Source: Histomonas meleagridis 2922-C6/04-290x
Lineage: Eukaryota > Protista > Parabasalia
Direction of reading: 5' to 3'
Assembly: GCA_020184695.1 (NCBI GenBank)
Contig: JAANOX010000248.1
Coordinates: 62,001-126,000 of the forward strand
Length of the DNA stretch: 64,000 nucleotides
Part shown: in pieces, positions 42,015 through 55,500 of the stretch
Layout: the number at the start of each line of letters is the position of its first letter
Numbering within the stretch: the stretch's first letter is position 1
Notes under the pieces: generated by a model
The model's input: only the letters and a program-made list of their open reading frames with translations
What the model was told of the DNA's origin: nothing
The model's database searches: none
Made by a program: the position numbers and the translations under genes

Positions 42015-43166
42015 ATGTCCCCTCGTGCTCTGGTTTCAAGCGAAATCAAGAACAAGATCGCGTCGAACAATCCTGAGTACGTCAACATCTATATGACTGT
42101 TGCACGTGTCTACGTTGCTCTCCCTGACCCAGGTTCTTGGACAAATAAATGTGAAGGTTATCTTCAACTAGCAAATAAGAAAGGTACAAAGCTTGTCTAC
42201 ATCAATTGCTACGACCTTACAAGCCAAAGCTTATGCTTCCAACATGAATTATATGTCAATTTCTATCAGAGCTATCAGACTCCTGAAAAGAATTTCCACT
42301 ATTTCTTCTCAGATTCATGTGTTATTGCATTCGGTTTTGCAAGCTCAGATGAAGCAAGTGACTTCGCTGGTCAAATCAAAACATGTTCACCTAAACCAAA
42401 GAAGAGCTGGTGGAAGATTGGCCATAAGAATGATGACGAACAATTCATCATCACAGAACCCGACAACTTCGAACATGTTAGTGGTGTCAAACAAAATGCA
42501 AATTCATCCAAATTCTTGGCAGGTGACCTTAAAGATTCACCAGAACTTGAACAAATCCTTCAATCAAAGGGTCTTACAAAGGATCAATTATCCGATCCAG
42601 CTGTTGAGAAAGATGTTGTTGAAGCATACATTCAACTCACAAGCAGCAAACTTGGTACAAGTGGCCACGGAAGCCAAGCATCATCAATGAGTTCTGGTGG
42701 TAGTAAAGCTAAGGCTCCTAAGCCACCTAAAGAACCCAAGCCACCTAAGGAACCAAAACCACCAAAGGAATCCAAGTCTGGTGCTCCTCCTCCTCCACCA
42801 CCACCTCCTCCTCCCCCACCACCTCCGCCACCTCCACCACCTCCATCAAGTTCAAAACCAGCACAAAATCTCTTCAAGAATTCGAAGGTTACTACCTCAA
42901 ACTTATCACCAAACAATATGCCCAAACTTCGTCATGTTGATCCACCACCTGAAAGACCACTTCCAACAGCAGGCGGCCCAGGAGGAATGGGCGGTGGCGG
43001 ACCCGGAATGGGCGGTGGTGGCCCAGGAATGGGTGGCGGCGGTCCTGGTATGGGCGGTGGCCAACCAATGGGCGGACCTCCTCCAATGGGAGGCGGTGGC
43101 GGCGACATGTTGTCCGAACTCCAAGCACGTCTTGCCCGCAGAAGAGCCGCACAAGGCGGAGAGTAA
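42015..43166 (+). CDS. WASP-like protein (WH1, CRIB, polyproline, WH2-like)
   Basis: WH1 (ARVYVA..FHYF..IAFGFASSDEA), CRIB-like ITEPDNFEHVSGV, a long polyproline tract, LRHV and GPGMGGG repeats. Confidence 0.8.
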   Translation: MSPRALVSSEIKNKIASNNPEYVNIYMTVARVYVALPDPGSWTNKCEGYLQLANKKGTKLVYINCYDLTSQSLCFQHELYVNFYQSYQTPEKNFHYFFSDSCVIAFGFASSDEASDFAGQIKTCSPKPKKSWWKIGHKNDDEQFIITEPDNFEHVSGVKQNANSSKFLAGDLKDSPELEQILQSKGLTKDQLSDPAVEKDVVEAYIQLTSSKLGTSGHGSQASSMSSGGSKAKAPKPPKEPKPPKEPKPPKESKSGAPPPPPPPPPPPPPPPPPPPPSSSKPAQNLFKNSKVTTSNLSPNNMPKLRHVDPPPERPLPTAGGPGGMGGGGPGMGGGGPGMGGGGPGMGGGQPMGGPPPMGGGGGDMLSELQARLARRRAAQGGE

Positions 43167-43247
43167 ACAATCTCCATTGGTATTATATCATTTTTAATTA
43201 ACTTTGATGTATCGCATCAAAAAAAAAATTCTATAGTTTATTCAACA

Positions 43248-44519
43248 TCAAATTAAAGATTTTCTTTTTCCAGGAATTAATGGAACTCTTTTCCTCGTTG
43301 GCATTATTGTTGGCGAATGTAAGTCAAGGAATGCTTCTTCTTTATTATTACTTTGACTTTTCTTCATTTTTTCTAAATCTTTTTTCAGGAAAACCATTTG
43401 TTTCCGAATTTTTGATGCACAATAATCATCACTTCCATCACCAATTCCATTATTTAGTTTGGACGTAAGTAATTTATTACTTCCACCAGCAGTATCTTCT
43501 TCATTTCGATATTTCTCTAAATATTTTTTTATGATTTCTTTTTCTTCAATAATTTGTTTTTCTATTTTTTGTAATTTTTTTGTTTCTTCGATAACTTCTT
43601 TTGTTTCATTTTTGTAATCATTGATTCTCTCCTTTGTTTTCTCAATAGCTTCTTTTCCTTTACTAATTTTGTTTAAAATTTCATCGATTTCACCATTTAA
43701 AGCTGTGATTTGATCATTTCCATTATCGATTTGGCTACGAACATTTGCAGCAAGAGATTCTGTTTGTATCTTATTTTTAATCGTTTCAAGTTCATCACTA
43801 AGTTGGACAAGTCGTTCTTCACTCCGCTGATGTTTAATGTTAATGATTTCATATTCATTCACACGCGGTTTGATGCGGTTTAAACGTTCTTTGATGTCTT
43901 GAATGGCTTCTTTAGCTGAATCAATGGAAGATGTTAGTTCTTGGATGCTCTTAAGATTTAATTGGCTTTGCTCTTCCATTTCTTTTGTATCTGACACTGA
44001 TGTATCATAAAGAGATTTAAGAAAATCATTAGCATTAGAAAGACGCTTTTTTTCATTGATCCAACTTTCTTGGATTTTGGATGTATTATTCCTTAGGTTT
44101 TGTATGACTTTAGAAAAGGCATTATTATGTTGTGTTAGTTTGTCATCTTGGTCTATCCGATAACTTATCTTTAATTTATTAAGTTCTACATGCTTTTTTG
44201 CAATTTGGGAATTTAAATAACTTGCTTCTTGTATTTCTGTTTTGTAATCTGAAAGAGTTTCTTGTAATTTTTTTTGATACCATTCAATTTCTTCTTGTGT
44301 AAGAACACGATCTTCATGAGGTTGATCCTCTTCATTAGAGGGATGTTCATCAGTAGAATTGAAATCATCAATAAAAGGAGCAACTTGTGTTAAGAGGGCA
44401 TTAAATTTTGAACGAATAGCATTATTTTCATCAAGAACTATTTGCAGACGCTCCAAAGTTTGTATATGAGCTGAGTGATCCTCATTTTTATTTTCTGGGA
44501 CATTATTTTGGTTTGTCAT
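43248..44519 (-). CDS. Hypothetical coiled-coil protein
   Basis: 423-aa K/E-rich heptad ORF. Confidence 0.75.
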   Translation of the reverse strand: MTNQNNVPENKNEDHSAHIQTLERLQIVLDENNAIRSKFNALLTQVAPFIDDFNSTDEHPSNEEDQPHEDRVLTQEEIEWYQKKLQETLSDYKTEIQEASYLNSQIAKKHVELNKLKISYRIDQDDKLTQHNNAFSKVIQNLRNNTSKIQESWINEKKRLSNANDFLKSLYDTSVSDTKEMEEQSQLNLKSIQELTSSIDSAKEAIQDIKERLNRIKPRVNEYEIINIKHQRSEERLVQLSDELETIKNKIQTESLAANVRSQIDNGNDQITALNGEIDEILNKISKGKEAIEKTKERINDYKNETKEVIEETKKLQKIEKQIIEEKEIIKKYLEKYRNEEDTAGGSNKLLTSKLNNGIGDGSDDYCASKIRKQMVFLKKDLEKMKKSQSNNKEEAFLDLHSPTIMPTRKRVPLIPGKRKSLI

Positions 44520-44584
44520 TTCTTGATGAAAAAACGAGAATAAACGGTCATATCAAGAAGACGTTTATATTAACTTTCACCTAT

Positions 44585-47500
44585 TTATAAACCTTTTAAA
44601 TTATTAATTGCTTCTTGAATTATAACTTTTTGATTCATTGTTGCGAAAGAAATGATATTATTTGCAACGTTACAAAAGTATTCCTTTAATTCATTAGGTA
44701 TAAGTTTACCAAAATTACCGAAGAAATAAGTTAAAGCTTCACAAGCATATTCTATATTATACCAATTAATATTGAATTTATTTTGTATTGATTTAATATA
44801 ATTAAAAATAACTTCGATGTTTAACACGTCATTAAAATTCATAAAGATTTCAAACAATGTAATTAATATAGCCACATGAATATCACATGAATTATAAGTT
44901 TGATAAATTTTGAATAACCAAGGAATTATATTATTATTAATCAAAGATTTATCGATGAAATTTTTATTATTATTTGAACCAAATATTATACCAATTGATT
45001 CGACATTAATAATAATATTTGTATATTTATCATTAACATTATTTAATAATAATAAAATTACTTGATTAATAAAATTAACATCGACATTTGGGACAATTTT
45101 AATTAATTCTGCTAAAGTTAAATATAAACCATTTTTTATATTATCGTTTATATGTTTATCTAATGGATAATATTCTTGTAAAAACAATGGTAAAACAATT
45201 TGTGAATAATATTTAAACAATGATTTAAATAATAATGCTAAATAGATATCAACATTAATATAATTAATTGTGTTATCATTTAAATCATTACATTTCTCTT
45301 TTTCTTCAATTTGTTCTTGGAAATGATAAAAATTAATTTTTTTGATAGCATGAATAAAAGTAAAAACATTTATAACAAAATCTTCATTTCCACAATTTTT
45401 AATTCCAATTATTTCTATAATAAATCTACACGTAATTAAACCTTGTTGTATTAAAATACTATTTTCATTAATTAAATCTAAACATCGAGAAAATACTTCC
45501 AAAAAGAATATATATAAAATGTTTTGATCATTTGCATTACATATTAAAATATTTAATAAATCAAATAAAGATCCTAAATGTTTACTTGTAATTTTCATTT
45601 TTAATTGGATTATTGATAATTCAATTAATTTTGGATAATAATTTTCAATTATTTCCTTATTGAATAGCTTACAAAAACGTGTCAATACATTTGTTGAATG
45701 AATTATTAAACTTATTTGTGATTTTGTAACAAATGAATATTTTAATTCTTCAGGTGAATAACAAAAATAAGTGTCTTGTATATCAGAAAAATCAGTTGAA
45801 TAATTAATTACATTTATATCGAAATGTGAAGCAAAACTAATAAATAATTCGAAAATCATTGGAACAAATTCTTTATATGTTGTTTGAAACAAATTATTTG
45901 GAAATGCATTTATTAAAATTGCAATTCGAACAATTTGTTTTTCAGTAAATCCTTCCATTTTCGAATTACAAATACTTTGTAATATTAAATAACCGAGTTC
46001 AACAAATTTATTCATTGGAATAATTCGAATAAATGAATATAATGATGTAATACACTTAAAATATAAATTTTCATCAATTTTATCAGTAATAAATAAGTTA
46101 TAATATTCAAGAAACTTATTAAATGTAACTGGAAAATTTGTGTTTTCTGGATATTTAATAACAATCCATTCGAATATCGAAATTACTTTTATTATTTGGA
46201 AATAATTTAATTTTTCAATGATGCTTAACAATAACATTATTAATGCTTCGAATAATTCAACAGATATCATAAACTTTTCGTTAACAAATAAATGATTATG
46301 ACAAATTTGTTTAACAAGTATTAATTCTTGTGTAACAATTTCGGGAATTGTTTCATTAGGTAAAACATTTAAAATGATTTGTATAAATGGTTCAGTATTA
46401 AATTCGATTTCAGTATCATCAATTTGTTTTAATATTATTCCTAATGAATGAAATGCAGAATATCGAATGTTAGAATCAGGATTTATAAGATTTGGTAAAT
46501 AATATGGTTCAAAAAACATTTTGTAAACTATTGAAATTATGTGTATCGAAATTCCATCAAAAATATTTTCAAATAACATGAAAAAAATTTGTGGATTTTC
46601 CGAATATTTTTGTGTTAAGCATTCAACACATAATGAACAGAATTCAGGATTCCCACCAAAATCATTAGATAAAGAAGAAAGTGCATCAATTGAATCTTCT
46701 AAATCACCAATTAAATTATAAAATAACTCAAAGAAATATTGAAATTGTTTCATTTCAACAATTTGACATTTAAAGAAATGGGCAATTAGCATCAAACTCG
46801 AAAGCGCTGAGTTCCGTGCAGAAGTTGTCATGTTTTTATTAAGGATTATAGTTGATAATGCTTCAACATAAGTTTTCCATGTGTTTTCTATCATGGTATG
46901 CTCAAAATTTACAGAAAAATCTAATTGTATCTGTGATGAAATGTCTAAATTTGTTTGGGAGATTATCATAATCGGTGGTATGAAATTATAAAATTCTCGA
47001 AATGATTGGTAATTTTCAAGATTTTGATATTTAATGCATTTGATACATACAAAATATAATAGTTGTAATACATTTGATATAATTGGAAGATATTGTTCAT
47101 TGAATTGTGAAATGACATTGGCAAAAAAAGTCTTTAAAAAATCACTATATGGTTCCATATTTATGTTAGCTATACACAGAATGAAACAACTAATCGAAGA
47201 ATTAATGAGATTAATATTGTTTGAGATAAATAATTGAAGTAATTTTTCTGGTAAAGAATCCCACATTTTAAATCGGGAATAAAAGGCAAAAGAATCAGAA
47301 ATGACTTTTGAAACATGTCTTAATATATTAGGTGAATTTTCAAAAAATGAAAACAAATTGAATAATAAAGTTTGAATTGAAGAATGATCCTCAGTGCTAA
47401 CATCAATGTTTACGGATTTATATACATTGGATATCATAATTAATGAGATTTCAATGTTTTTCTTGGATTTGAAAATGTAATTTAATAATAAGAAAATAAA

Positions 47501-47614
47501 TTCAAATGGCTTGTTTGCTATGATATTATTAAGGATTTCATATGATTGGTTAAGTAATTCAGGATTATTTGAAGTTGCTGAGCTTAAAAACAATTCAAGC
47601 TCAGACTCGTTCAT
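44585..47614 (-). CDS. HEAT-repeat protein, importin-beta (IPO4/IPO5)-like, divergent
   Basis: 1009 aa with WDSLPEKLLQ and NPDSNIRYSAFHSLG HEAT motifs. Confidence 0.6.
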   Translation of the reverse strand: MNESELELFLSSATSNNPELLNQSYEILNNIIANKPFEFIFLLLNYIFKSKKNIEISLIMISNVYKSVNIDVSTEDHSSIQTLLFNLFSFFENSPNILRHVSKVISDSFAFYSRFKMWDSLPEKLLQLFISNNINLINSSISCFILCIANINMEPYSDFLKTFFANVISQFNEQYLPIISNVLQLLYFVCIKCIKYQNLENYQSFREFYNFIPPIMIISQTNLDISSQIQLDFSVNFEHTMIENTWKTYVEALSTIILNKNMTTSARNSALSSLMLIAHFFKCQIVEMKQFQYFFELFYNLIGDLEDSIDALSSLSNDFGGNPEFCSLCVECLTQKYSENPQIFFMLFENIFDGISIHIISIVYKMFFEPYYLPNLINPDSNIRYSAFHSLGIILKQIDDTEIEFNTEPFIQIILNVLPNETIPEIVTQELILVKQICHNHLFVNEKFMISVELFEALIMLLLSIIEKLNYFQIIKVISIFEWIVIKYPENTNFPVTFNKFLEYYNLFITDKIDENLYFKCITSLYSFIRIIPMNKFVELGYLILQSICNSKMEGFTEKQIVRIAILINAFPNNLFQTTYKEFVPMIFELFISFASHFDINVINYSTDFSDIQDTYFCYSPEELKYSFVTKSQISLIIHSTNVLTRFCKLFNKEIIENYYPKLIELSIIQLKMKITSKHLGSLFDLLNILICNANDQNILYIFFLEVFSRCLDLINENSILIQQGLITCRFIIEIIGIKNCGNEDFVINVFTFIHAIKKINFYHFQEQIEEKEKCNDLNDNTINYINVDIYLALLFKSLFKYYSQIVLPLFLQEYYPLDKHINDNIKNGLYLTLAELIKIVPNVDVNFINQVILLLLNNVNDKYTNIIINVESIGIIFGSNNNKNFIDKSLINNNIIPWLFKIYQTYNSCDIHVAILITLFEIFMNFNDVLNIEVIFNYIKSIQNKFNINWYNIEYACEALTYFFGNFGKLIPNELKEYFCNVANNIISFATMNQKVIIQEAINNLKGL

Positions 47615-47961
47615 CCTGAATATTCAAAAAGTTAAAAAAAATGGGGAAAACAAAGTTAAAAAAAAAATCTCACTCAACAATTATTCATCAAAGACAAAAA
47701 CAAAATTAAATGTCTAAAAACCAATGAATCCAAATTTTCTTGGTGTAAGTATGTTAAAATTTAAATTTTAAAAGAGATCATTTGAAATTTGCAAATTAGT
47801 TTTTCAATTTTTTTGACTTTCTGAAAATATTTTCTCATGCATTTTTAATACATTTGACCATGTTTAGACATTATTATTAAGCCATAAGAGATTTTGGTAT
47901 TGATAGTTTTTCTAAAATCACAATGGGAACTAATGTCATCATATTTTCTTTCAAAATAGAA

Positions 47962-49371
47962 ATGCCAAAGAGAATTTCGTTACATTTTAAAAGAATGTCT
48001 GCGTATATTGATGGCGATTTTAACATCGAAAAGCGCAGTATATTCAAATTGTATTTAGAAAAGCTAGGGATTACCAATTTTACAGAAGATTTTGACGAGA
48101 CGAATTTATCACTAATAGTAGCAAAAAAATCAAGAATGGGAATTTTTCATTCAAAAAAATGCTTAAAAATCACACCTATAGCACTTAAATCCATTGTTGA
48201 TAAAAAAATTTCAATCCAAATATTTCCAATTGAGGTAGAATTATATAATTTATTCTTATACACAAAGAAAATTTATATTGGTGATATCAAAGATGAAAAA
48301 AGAACTAAAAAAATTACAATGAGGTGTGCAGGCACTGTTTCAAATCATTTAGATGATATTATAGATTTTATTATTACTAATACATATATACCATGTAAAT
48401 GCCTTGCCCCACAAGTAAAACCAAATTGGTTAGAATTACTTGTAACATCATCAAATTATCTTGATTATAAAAATTTTCAAATACAAAAGGAATCTTTAGA
48501 TTCATTAAAAAGAAACAGCAAAAGCAAAACCAATCAAACAAATTGGAAAATTAAACAACCTACAGTTAATGCGACTTTACAAATAATATCATCAAAAAGT
48601 GAAAAAGAGCTTCGCAAACAGAAGAAAATCCCAAAAGAAGACCCAAGGCAACCGTCGATTACAAATTATTCAATATCTACAGATAAATCTCATTATGATG
48701 ATTCATTTGATTTTCTTTCTTCATCAAGTCAAGAGAGTAAATCATCACAACCTCAAACAAGACAGACAGAAGAGCAAATGAAAAAGCGGAAAGAACTCGT
48801 TATTACTTCCAAAAATTCAAAGAATTCACAAAGTCTTACACTTTCTCAATCAGCCCAACGTAATAGTTCTTTATTACAACAAGATCATTCACCAAGAACC
48901 AGTACTTCAAGAATTATACAATCACTTTCACAATCTCCAAAATCTCATCAAAACGATAGCAAAACGATAGACAACTTTTTCAATATATCGTTGCTGCCGA
49001 TGAAACAGAACAAACTTAGTCAAAATTCCAAAACAAAACGACCGTTAACACCCAAACTAGCTAAAAAGATGAATCAAACAGATAATACCATAAAAAACAT
49101 TAACAACTTTTTCCCAGCTAAAACAGGTGATTCACCAATGGGTTCACAGAATAATTCAGAAATATTATATTCTCCGATACCAAATAATCCTGATTTTATC
49201 AGAGAATTATGTCAAGAGATAATAGTTGATGAAGTACCATTCTCACAGAGTATGAATACAGAGCCACCTAACATATATGAGTTGAATCAATTTAGTCAAA
49301 GGGAATCGATAATGTTCCAAGACTTTGTTGAATATCCTCATGGAAATGAGTCGGGTCAAAATGATGAATAA
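47962..49371 (+). CDS. Hypothetical protein with an S/Q/K-rich disordered C-terminal half
   Basis: Long ORF (open from 47923). No family recognised. Confidence 0.65.
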   Translation: MPKRISLHFKRMSAYIDGDFNIEKRSIFKLYLEKLGITNFTEDFDETNLSLIVAKKSRMGIFHSKKCLKITPIALKSIVDKKISIQIFPIEVELYNLFLYTKKIYIGDIKDEKRTKKITMRCAGTVSNHLDDIIDFIITNTYIPCKCLAPQVKPNWLELLVTSSNYLDYKNFQIQKESLDSLKRNSKSKTNQTNWKIKQPTVNATLQIISSKSEKELRKQKKIPKEDPRQPSITNYSISTDKSHYDDSFDFLSSSSQESKSSQPQTRQTEEQMKKRKELVITSKNSKNSQSLTLSQSAQRNSSLLQQDHSPRTSTSRIIQSLSQSPKSHQNDSKTIDNFFNISLLPMKQNKLSQNSKTKRPLTPKLAKKMNQTDNTIKNINNFFPAKTGDSPMGSQNNSEILYSPIPNNPDFIRELCQEIIVDEVPFSQSMNTEPPNIYELNQFSQRESIMFQDFVEYPHGNESGQNDE

Positions 49372-49592
49372 ATGTTTGTGTAGATACATTTTTAATTCTT
49401 TTTTTGGAAAACGAAAGTATAAATTTATACGATACAACTTTCTATACAACGATAACACTTTTTCTGATAAAAACGTTGAATTTCCCATCAAAACCTTTGA
49501 TGTGGAAATAATTTTTTTAATGAAAATTTCTTTAAAACAACAAAAGAAAGATATAAATCGTTTTATTAAATTCGGATAAGTTTGCAAACAGT

Positions 49593-52500
49593 TCAAATTT
49601 TTTGTACCAAAGTTTTTGATATCTTTAATGGTATCACATTAATCACCGCGTCTTCAGACAGGAACATGAAGCATTGGTTCTCTAATGAGTATGATATTGA
49701 CACCATATTTTGTGCTCCATAAAAGTGAATTATTTCTTCTGGGAAGAACACTTCAAAGAAGCCGAGCCGATGCATATTATCAATGAAGAACACGTAATCG
49801 AAACCTTTTTCGTCTGTGAAAGCCTCGCAAAACAAGAAACCTGTTTCTGATTCTACTTTTTTGATTAAGTTTCCCAACTTACTGAACACGAAAATCATAT
49901 TTTTTGCACATATAATAATGAAACCCCAACCATTTGTTATTAATATTTTATCTCCGATCACATCCAAATTTAACTTTTGTATCATTTGGAAGTTCGGATA
50001 TTTCATAATTTTTATTATACCATTTTTACAACAACAAGCGAAAAGTTTTAATTTGTCGTTAATAGTATAACAATTAATTTCATCTTGTGATGAATATATA
50101 CATTTATTTTTATTTTGATCTTTTATTTTATATATTGATAAATTATCATAATAATATATATATTTATCAATATGTTGGAATAGAAATGAATGTAAAAAAA
50201 TTTGATATTCGTTATAATTATTAATATTATAAATTGATAAAATTTGTTTTTTATAATCGTAACAAAACAATTCGAATTTAACCTGATAAAATGTTTTGTT
50301 TAAAATGTTTTTAATTGAATATTCTTTAATTTTAATGATATCGAAATTATTATTTAATATTTGTATCTGATAAAATATTATTTTCCCATTAATAGTTACA
50401 TTACATATTAAATTCGAGACACAAAATCCAAACAAAAGTTTTTGTTCTTGTAATAATTGTTCATGTGTATTAATAATAATATCATTCTTAATCATTGGCT
50501 GAATCTTTTCGATCTTTTTATAATTGTTTTGTTTGCTAAACATGTTTTCGATCCATTTCGATAATGATTTCGTTATGTTTTCGGATTCTAACGCTTTCCG
50601 CATCATATAAACAAATTCATATTCGGTCTTACACCATTTCGGTAATGTCATCGACTTAAATGTTTCGGGAGAATCAAAGAATTCCGGAGTTAAGACATTC
50701 GATGTTGAGAATAATGCTTCTAAACTTTGTTCTTTATCTAATATTGTGATTGGTGAGTTAATTTTGTTATGTTTAATGATTTCGATGTTGTCATTGATTA
50801 TAAATTTGTCATATTTGTATGAAATGACCATTGGAAAGATTGGATAATTATCTTTATTATTAATCGTCTTCCCAAAATATTTGTTGATTTCCATTAAATA
50901 TTGATAATTGTTGTTCCAATTCGTTGGAGCTTTTGGTTTTTTGTCTTTTTCTTTTTTGTTTGTATTGATGATATTGTTGTTAATTGATGTCAAACTTTTT
51001 GAGGGGAGTTGACCGTTTTTGGATGAAATGTTATGTGAAATGCTGTGGTTTTCAATTAAATTTTTGTAAAACGTTTTCGAAGTGTTTAATTCTTCTTTCA
51101 TTTCTTGTAAGACGGCAATAGCTTGAAGAACATAATTACCATATTCCTCACGAATCCTTTGTATTTTCTCAAATATGTCAATCATTGAATATCCAATTGG
51201 GTTTATAAATCGTTCGATTAAATCTTCATAAATATAATTTTTAATCTTTTTAATTTTGATAATTTTCTTTGCGATTTTTAAGCGATTACAATTATATGGT
51301 TGATTCGGTATTAATTTAATACCATATAAATAATTCAATTTCTTATCTTCCAATATATAATTTGACAAATCCTCAATATTTAAAACTTTTCTCATTTTAG
51401 AGCTATGTATCATAGGGGTAAACTCTGTAGAAAAAACAGAATTTTTAAATTCATATAATAAAAGTTCGTTATGAGTCTGAAATGTTAAGTGATAAAAGTG
51501 TGTCATAACCGCTATATTCAAAATTTCAGTGACGATACTATCGTTTTTGATAATTTGAATGTTACATAATAACGAATCCAAATAAATATCTAATTCATAT
51601 TGATTTGAATTTTCCAAATAAACCGAAATGTATTCAATTAAAAACGATATTATTTGTATTGTTTTAATTGGGTTTGAAGATTTAATAGAAAATAATGATA
51701 AGAAATCATAAATACTTTTCTTTAATTCTTTTGTAGTATGGAACGCAAATATTAAAGGCCACAAATACCAATAACCATTTAAGTCGATTCCATCTTGTAA
51801 TATTATGATATAAGCGGACAATTTCTCGGCGTAAAAAGGCATTAAAAATAATGCTAAATAACAACATAATGAATAAAAGTTTGGATAATCTAATAAATTT
51901 AATAATAACTCATCAAATATATTCGAGAAATCTTCGTTCGGATTTAACATGAATAACAAATTAAATAATTCGGAATGGAAATTACCTTTCGTTAATTCAT
52001 GAAATGTTGATAAAGTTAATATCGATAAATTAGTATTTATTAATTTATATATTGTCTTTAATGTAATTTCCTTAAAATCATTGTTTAAAAATGGCGAAAT
52101 AGAACTTAATACCTTTAAATAAAAGTTATGATTCACATTTTGTTTCTCACAATTCTTTAAGATTAATAACAAATTATTCTCATCAATATGAATCAAACAA
52201 ATTCTATTTATAATCGAATAAAACAAATTTTCAAATTTCGGATCAAACTTTTCTAATAATTTACTTAAAATAGTTTCACAATTATTAAACATTTCCTTAT
52301 ATGAAAATAACACAATTGAATTCCAATGATTTAATATTGAACTAAAGTTTTTATCATCATTACATTTCTTCCATAAATCCAAATTCATAATAAAGTTATA
52401 AAAAAAATATGATTTTAAGTCATTATTATTAATAAAGTCAAAGATCTCATATAAAGTAAAATATAAATCACTATTAATCTCAATACTATTAATCTTTTGT

Positions 52501-55500
52501 TTAAAACGTGAAATGTTTTGATAGAACATAATTTGAGTTTTCTTATTATTTAATATATATTTTAATATATATAAATATTTAGTATTCGAATTAATCGAAT
52601 CAATATAATATAATAATAATTTCTTGTTCTTAAAGTAATTTAAAATTAAATTCTTTTGTATTAACTTTTGTTGTTCTGAGAATTCATATTTTAATTTAAT
52701 TGTTTCATTATATTTCTTTAAGTAATACATATCTTTGATTTCTTTTTCATTAAGAATTCGTTGATAAAATTTAATGTCATTAATATAACCAAAGTAATAA
52801 TCATTGTTATCATTATTTAAATAATCATTTGTACCTAAAATACAATTTAAATTCGTCGAATTATTTACATCAAATATAATATTACATATCTCAGAACATG
52901 TTTCTTTAGAATTATCATAAATCGTTTTAATGAAACATGAATTATTAGAATTATTTTTAATGAAATTAATAACTATAAAATGCCAACGTTCGAATGTTTC
53001 ATTTTTCTCTTTTCTTGATTGAAATGTTTGTAATATATTTAATTCATATAAATTTACATATGTAATTAAACTTTGATGTTGATATTTAAGTTGTAAATAA
53101 TTGTTTTCGATATTAATTATTAATGAATTATTATGTTCTTCATTAAATATCTTTAAAATATTAAGTTTTACATTCTTATTAAAGATTAAATCATAATCAA
53201 TTCGAATCCAAAATGATATCGAAAATGAATTATCATTAAAGATATTCGATGTTAATCCTTTTAATTGTATTGTTGAAGGATATGATGTAAAACAAATCGA
53301 ATTCTTTTTCGCATTTGCTATTAATGAATCAAATAAATCAATCATAAATGAATCATTAGTTTTACAATATGAAATCAATTGATATAAAAATGAAAATGAA
53401 GTTTTTAAGTTTGTAATAAAATGTATTAATTTAATTATAACTTTTTCTTGTATATCATAACTAATGTTTAAATGATAATCAATTCCATTATAAATAAAAT
53501 TCATTTTCTCTTTTTTCTCATTTAATATTTTTAATAAAAAGATATCGAAATTTATATTTTGACATTGTATAAAGTTATTATCTGACAATAGGCAGTTTTG
53601 GTATAAATTATTCAAAAAGTGGTTTATGTAAATACTTTCACCAAAAATTCCAAATATTAAATATATATATTGAGGTCGTAATATGAAATAATATTTATAA
53701 TCATTTTCATTAAATTCGCATGAATTCAAACTAAAGTTCGTAATTAAATTAATAATATGAACATACATTTTAGAATTTAATTCATTTTCTTTTATATATT
53801 GTATTAATTCATTAATAATATCAATGTTTGGTAAATAATTTGGAATTACAATTGAACATAATTTTATTAATGTTAAAATGATATTTAATGACTTTTTAGT
53901 TGGGTCTTCATGAAATAAATTATATATATAAGGATAAACAGATTGAAAAATATTTATCGAATTAATATTCGATTCGATAATGTTAATAACCATTTCAGAT
54001 ATTTCATAAGATATCCTTAAATGTGCTTTAGGTTTATCTAAAAAAAACATTATACGTTCAATGAATGTCGAATAATTTCGATCTTTTATATGTTCGGAAT
54101 AAAATTTCTCAAAAAATGTTATTATAATTTTCGATAATGATTCTTCATATACCATATTAAATAACAATGGTAATATCGTATTCGTTTCAATGATATTACT
54201 ATTATTAAAACCAAAGATAAAATGAAATACAGAACTTCGTGCAAGTGATATTTCATATGTTTTCTCATTTAAGTTAATTCGTTGTAATTGTATCGCTAAT
54301 TCACATATAGATTTTAAAGTGGTATGATCAAATATATTAATGATTTTAGGATATATTATGATTAAACGTGATAATATCTCCGCAAATAATAAAGGAGATG
54401 TTTTAACATATTCAAATAAGTTAATTAATAAACTTTTCTCTCTTTTGTTTATAATAACTGTTAAAAAATCATTTCGAAATTGATTTGTGGATTCACTTAA
54501 ACTATTCGGAATAAATATATTTTCATTAGCTAAAAATATTTTCTTCTTTAATATTAATTGAAAATCTGTTTGTGATACTTTTTGTTCAGAATCACAATCA
54601 ATTAAATATAAAAATAATGTCATCGCAAATAATAAAGTTCGTTCTTCTTGTGCATCTAAATATTTTGAAAAATTATACATAAAGACATTCTTACAAAAAT
54701 ATGAAGAACTCTTTAAAAAATTGGATAGAATGTTAACTTGAAATTTGCCGAACTTTTCGGATAAAGGTCTCAAATTTTGTATCGCTTTGGGTAACGATAA
54801 GAGACCGTTTGGAAATGAATTCAATTGATCGGCGGTTATTTCGGCACAAACGTTCATTTTTGATGTGTTTTCACCTAAGATTTCATGTGAATCATGAACA
54901 TTTAATGCTGGAAAGTTATTGTTGTTTGCATCAATTTGTTTCAAGATTTCAGTAACAAATACAGTATATGCATCTTCAGGTGGATCTTTTTCACCTTTAA
55001 TAACTGATAACGTTGACAATAATTTTAAAGCTTGTGGTTCACTAAGTAAAAAGTAACTGGAAATTGCTTCGGTGAAATTTGCTGATAATATTAAATTTAC
55101 TGAATCTTTGCGAAAAGTAAATAAGAAATCAAAATATTCAAAAATTAGTTCTTTGGAAATAAGCCCATTAGAACAAACTTTTACTAAGTTGAAGTATGTG
55201 GCTGTGGAAAGATTAGAGTCAATTTTAACATAATAAATTAATGACATAAATATATTTGAATTAATTTGAATCTTCTTTTCTTGAATAACTTTATCTGTTA
55301 GCTTTTCAAATATAAAAGTGGAGGTCAATCGAGTATCTGGAAGTTGATAAACATATTCAAACGTATCAACAAGATTGATTATTTCATTTTCAGAATAATC
55401 ATCTGAAAAAAATGTATACCACACAGCTTGATAAAGAATAACTATATTTAAATATAATGAAGGTTCATGCTTTTCATTTGAATTTTTGAGATTTGTGAAA

